A stretch of 64,000 bases of DNA, taken from Eledone cirrhosa. Taxonomy: Eukaryota. Of the stretch, positions 1 to 64,000 are shown piece after piece; the first letter of the stretch is position 1; each line of letters opens with the position of its first letter. The stretch is from contig OZ024743.1 of the NCBI GenBank assembly GCA_964016885.1, positions 362,886,001-362,950,000 of the forward strand. Reading direction: 5' to 3'. The position numbers and the translations under genes are program-made. The notes under the pieces were generated by a model. It was not told the DNA's origin. It made no database searches and saw only the letters and a list, made by a program, of their open reading frames with translations.

Positions 1-115
1 ATCCAGACTTGACAAGATGGGACATCCACTAATCGGTGGTATGGATGTGGATATGAGAGGAGGACATCAGACGCAGATGTATTTAGTCAAATAAAAAATA
101 TATATCCCCGACAAT

Positions 116-57299
<57,184 letters not shown>

Positions 57300-58076
57300 C
57301 TGTAAAAAAATTCAAATTCTTTTTAGTAATAAATTATGTAAAATTTGCATCAGTTATATTTTAGTTATTGTTATTGTTTCTAGTTGGCTAGCCCCTATCG
57401 TTTTATTGTTCGATACATCCACTGTTTGTCAGTTAGCAGTCAATTGCGTAGAACAGACTAAAAGATGTCTCTACTTTACGCCATTGTACTGGAGAAGGTA
57501 GAAAATAATTGTATGTTAACAATAATTGATAAGAGCACCATCTCATGTCCTTTGCGAAACAACAGGTGGATGGATATTGCTTAATGATCCCAGCAGATAG
57601 ACTTGTGGATGCGTTATCTCAATGGATAGCAAGGGCGTTGTGCTGGTCATTTTCGATTCCATCGCAGTAAATAGGGAGATGGTCCGGGGACCCTAGACAC
57701 TAGATATTTCCACCGCTATGTGTTCGATGAGATAATTGATACCGATGTTCTCTGAGATAAATAAGGAAGAAGTTTAGAGTCATCTACAGATTTTTGATCA
57801 TTCGTGTGCGAAGAATATCAGAGAGAGAGAGATCTGTTATGGTAGGAAAGCTTCATTTTTACCCCTCCTATAAAGTTTATTGGAATGCATGGTGGTTGTA
57901 TTACTATAAAGTAGTTCACTTTAATCTTTAGTAAATAATTTTTTAAAAATTTAGAAATGTTGCGTATATCTGGAAATGTATACATGAACAGCGAAATACA
58001 TTTCTAGATATGTGAGACAGAAAGAGGGGCAGAATTATTCGGAAGACATAAGATAATAATTTAAAGTTCCACTTAC

Positions 58077-58112
58077 AGAGCGATAGATGGTTTGTTGATC
58101 AGGGCTCTCAGC
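58077..58112 (-). CDS. Candidate N-propeptide exon AESPDQQTIYRS
   Basis: 36 nt, polypyrimidine plus tag acceptor and perfect gtaagt donor, open in phase 0; no homology support. Confidence 0.5.
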
Positions 58113-58195
58113 CTATTAGAAGAAAAATTATAAACGAATTCAATAATTTTGATTTTCTTTTCACAAATAAATATTTTGTAAATAGCAAAAGAAGA

Positions 58196-58261
<66 letters not shown>

Positions 58262-59399
58262 CATATACATTATACACATACACATATATATATACCCATA
58301 CACAAGAAAGATTAGTTTTAGTTACATTAGTATATACATACTTACATATAACTTTATATGTTAGTTACTACATTACATACACACTATAGATACAGAAGGA
58401 AACGTTCATGCCATGATTTGTCTTCGCCATACATTCAAATGAAATATTTCTATTTTACGAAATCCTCTTTAGAGCTTTAATGAAGTAAAATTAAAATGAC
58501 TGAAAAACTATTAGCGAAGAGTAAACTCGAGGGAAATGCTAAATTCTTTGTGACACACTAATACAAACGCTACGCTGGGATAACTAGAATTGCGAAACAA
58601 AGCATGCTGTTATTAGACATTCGTTTATTCCTCTATTCTTTCATTGGTTTCAGTTAAGTTGCAGCCACGCTGGAGCACTGCTTTTTTGTTTCAACCACTA
58701 AATTATGGAACATGAAGAAACGTAAACAGAGGTACACACAAACACACACAGATGTATATATATATATGTGTGTGTGTATGTGTAAAGGGTTGTAACTAAA
58801 TACCACGATCATTTTGTCAACTTTACCGGTTCTGTAAAAACCACTACATTTAAGTAGACCACTTTCAAACCATACTTTTCCGAACTAATTTATTCCGTGT
58901 GATTGAAATTTGTTATAATCCTCGACATCATTGAATAACATATGGATGTTATATCCTTTCAATATGACAGCAATCTGAATCCAAGTTTGTACTCTGAATT
59001 ACGACTTATACTCGTGCATTTTGAAAACAGTGAGGTGGTTGAAGGTTACGTTGGCGTAAATTCAAATGAGAACCAATGTACAATTATAAATGGTAAGTCT
59101 TAATTTGGATACTGTGCACACTAAGTAGACTAGTCTACTTAATGTGATATGTGTTATTGCACATATCGAGAACTATTCCTTCATGACGGAGCCATTACGT
59201 GGTCGCTCGACCTGCCAGAAATAGCCCTCGAAACTTTTTTTAAAATCACACGCCACTATTTTACAAAATAAAAAAAGGAAACAAAATGAGGTCATGTTAG
59301 ATAATGTAATCCTAAATTATCCCTCACCAAAAATAAAATGACTGAATGGGCAAGATTACCATGTCTTAGTTCAAGTCTACTCAATGAACGCAAAATCAT

Positions 59400-59810
59400 A
59401 ACCAGTGAGATGCGCTACTTGACAAGATCAGACGAGATAGGAAAATGATGTGAAGAAGACCTATCGATCGTCACATGCAACAACAATATGTATAATGGTT
59501 TGGACGTTACGAGAATGCCAAACTACAATGCAATAAGGAACCGAGGAAGACCTGTTGATGAGATCATTGAAATTGTGAGGACAAGACAAATCCATCGTTA
59601 CATAAAAAACAAAGAGTATTGTGGTTTGGACACGTCACAAAAATGCCAATCTCCAAGCTAGCCTATCGTGTGTATAACACAAGAATGTCTGGCCAGAAGG
59701 CCTAAAGCCGATTTAGAAAGAAATGGATTGATGACATCAAGGAACGCTGAAGTCTCATTGCATTACAGATCTTCCAATGGCCGCAGAACGACGGTTCTCT
59801 CTTCTTATAT
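59400..59810 (+). mobile_element. LINE (RTE/L2-like) C-terminal remnant
   Basis: WFGHVTKMP...RKKWIDDIK. Confidence 0.55.
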
Positions 59811-60367
59811 ATATTGTACAAGCAAAAAGACGAAAAAAAAAAAAAAAAAAAATTAGTGGAGTACTACTGTCAAATATTATCAGCGAAAAATTGTTAAATA
59901 GAAAGAAATTAATTTAATGATGATTGATGAAAAGATCGTGGAGAGTTATATGAAAGATTAAGAAACAAACAAAAGTTGAAATTTAGGAAAGGAGAATGAA
60001 TGGGGATAATAAGCAATGTTGATGAAAATTGTAATTGAAAGCTTTATAGAATCTAAACTTAGCATTTGTTAAAGGTGCTTCCTGAGATATGCTGACTTTA
60101 AGATGGCTAAATTAGCGTTAACAATTCGTGCAGTGAGCATTAAAACTTGAAACGGTAACTAGAAATAAATTTGTTGTGAATAACAGAGAAAAGAAACTCA
60201 ATAATTGTCAATTATTAAAATTATTTTTCAGTAGTCTGTCAGGAAAGGGAGACAAATTCAAACTTGTTTCAGACTTATTCTGAGTTAATCTGCAAACCAT
60301 AGCCTTCGTTATCCATTCCGAAATAGGAATGAAAAAGATTACATAGCAAGAAAATTATACATTGGTT

Positions 60368-60860
60368 TAAGGGTAAAAGGTAAAGACCCCCCTTCGGTCA
60401 CGAATGATTATGGGATTTGAACCTAGAAAGTTCCCCTCCGAGGCACACGTCCGGGAAAAGTTATTTGTGGAAAACCAGCAGTCGCCCTGCATACTAGCCT
60501 CCCCTCTCCATACCACCGGTGTTGTCCAAAGGAAATATATTTTGAAATATATATATATATATATTATGTACTTAACCTCCTTTGGGTTTTGCACCTAGAA
60601 AGTCATGCCCCAAGGCACATGTCTGGGCAAGGTGTGTTTGTAGAAGACCAGCTGTCGCCCAGTCACCACTCCCCACACCACCCATGTTATCCAAGGGAAA
60701 GGCAGTGGCCGATACAGCTTGGCACCAGTGACATTGGAACTCATTTCTACAGCTGAGTGAAATGGAGCAACGTAAAATAAAGTGTGTTGCTCCAGAACAC
60801 AACGCAAAGCCCAGTCCAAGAACCGAACTCACAACCTAACCGCTAAACCACGCGCTTTCA
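60368..60860 (-). mobile_element. CORE-like SINE with duplicated 3' tail
   Basis: tRNA-like head near 60850; two related tail copies (acctagaaagt..aggcaca.gtc.ggg) near 60420 and 60592. Confidence 0.6.
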
Positions 60861-61032
60861 TTGGTTTGGGGGTAAAAAAAAGAAATGTTTAGAAATTACT
60901 CGTAATTACACGTAATGGGTCGGGAGTAATTCCATCTGATAAAATGATTATTTTGTTTCTAGTTCCAATGATTATAGTTTTACTCGCACTATGTTCACGT
61001 TTTTGACGTATGCTTTATTTTCTTAACATAAT

Positions 61033-61208
61033 TGTTTCTACTTTAGGCACAAGGCCAGCAACTATTCCAGTGTATCACTGGTACTTTATTTTATCGACCC
61101 TGTAAGGATGAAAGGCAAAGTCAACCTCGGCGGGATTTGAAATCAGATCGTAAAGGTACGTAACTAGGCTGGAAAGCATGGCGTCCGACCCTCTACCGAT
61201 ACTGCCAA
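61033..61208 (-). mobile_element. Near full-length tRNA-type SINE with TSD
   Basis: Highly similar to 3553-3740; 9-bp TSD TAACATAAT at 61024-61032 and 61209-61217. Confidence 0.8.
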
Positions 61209-61343
61209 TAACATAATGTTATACAAAATAGTTGTTAAATAGTAACCAGTAACTTAAACAGTAACAAAGAAATAAGGGAGATAACTTAGGTTAACATCAG
61301 TCTTAACTCGATCTTCATTTTTCCCATTAATTTGATATTTCGT

Positions 61344-63790
<2,447 letters not shown>

Positions 63791-64000
63791 TAAATATATA
63801 TATAATTGTGAGTGCGTGTGGGTGTTTCTTGAAAATGGATTATAAACTTGTAGGTCACATTTATTTTATGATAATATCTACACTTTAATTTCCTCAAGTA
63901 CGCGATACAGAAAAGGATAAGGGAGGGGGGAGATGGAAGACGGAAGAGAAGAGAAAGGCGAAGTGAGGATATAAAAGAGAGAAAAGAGCAGAGACTTGAA

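Overview
AT-rich, microsatellite-dense animal genomic DNA; the repeat landscape suggests a cephalopod (octopus), which is an inference. One minus-strand gene dominates: an A-clade-like fibrillar procollagen alpha chain. I traced 45 GT-AG exons from 57299 to the stop at 116-118, covering the minor helix, N-telopeptide, major helix, C-telopeptide and COLFI domain. The 5' exons lie outside the window or were not recognised. The visible major helix is 996 aa; one extra 54-nt exon gives exactly 1014 aa, and the register places it in the intron holding the 200-N gap. Protein oddities are a Gly->Leu break at helix position 598, a 21-nt microexon carrying the predicted C-proteinase site, and loss of COLFI Cys2 and Cys3. 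Introns contain R4/Dong, Tx1/L1, CR1, RTE, Penelope, Tc1/mariner and hAT remnants, tRNA-type SINEs, a 31-bp x ~79 minisatellite and long fold-back palindromes. They also contain several minimal type-I hammerhead ribozyme motifs, including one in the collagen-sense orientation and one with a U3-A8 core covariation. All reading was by eye; no searches were run.
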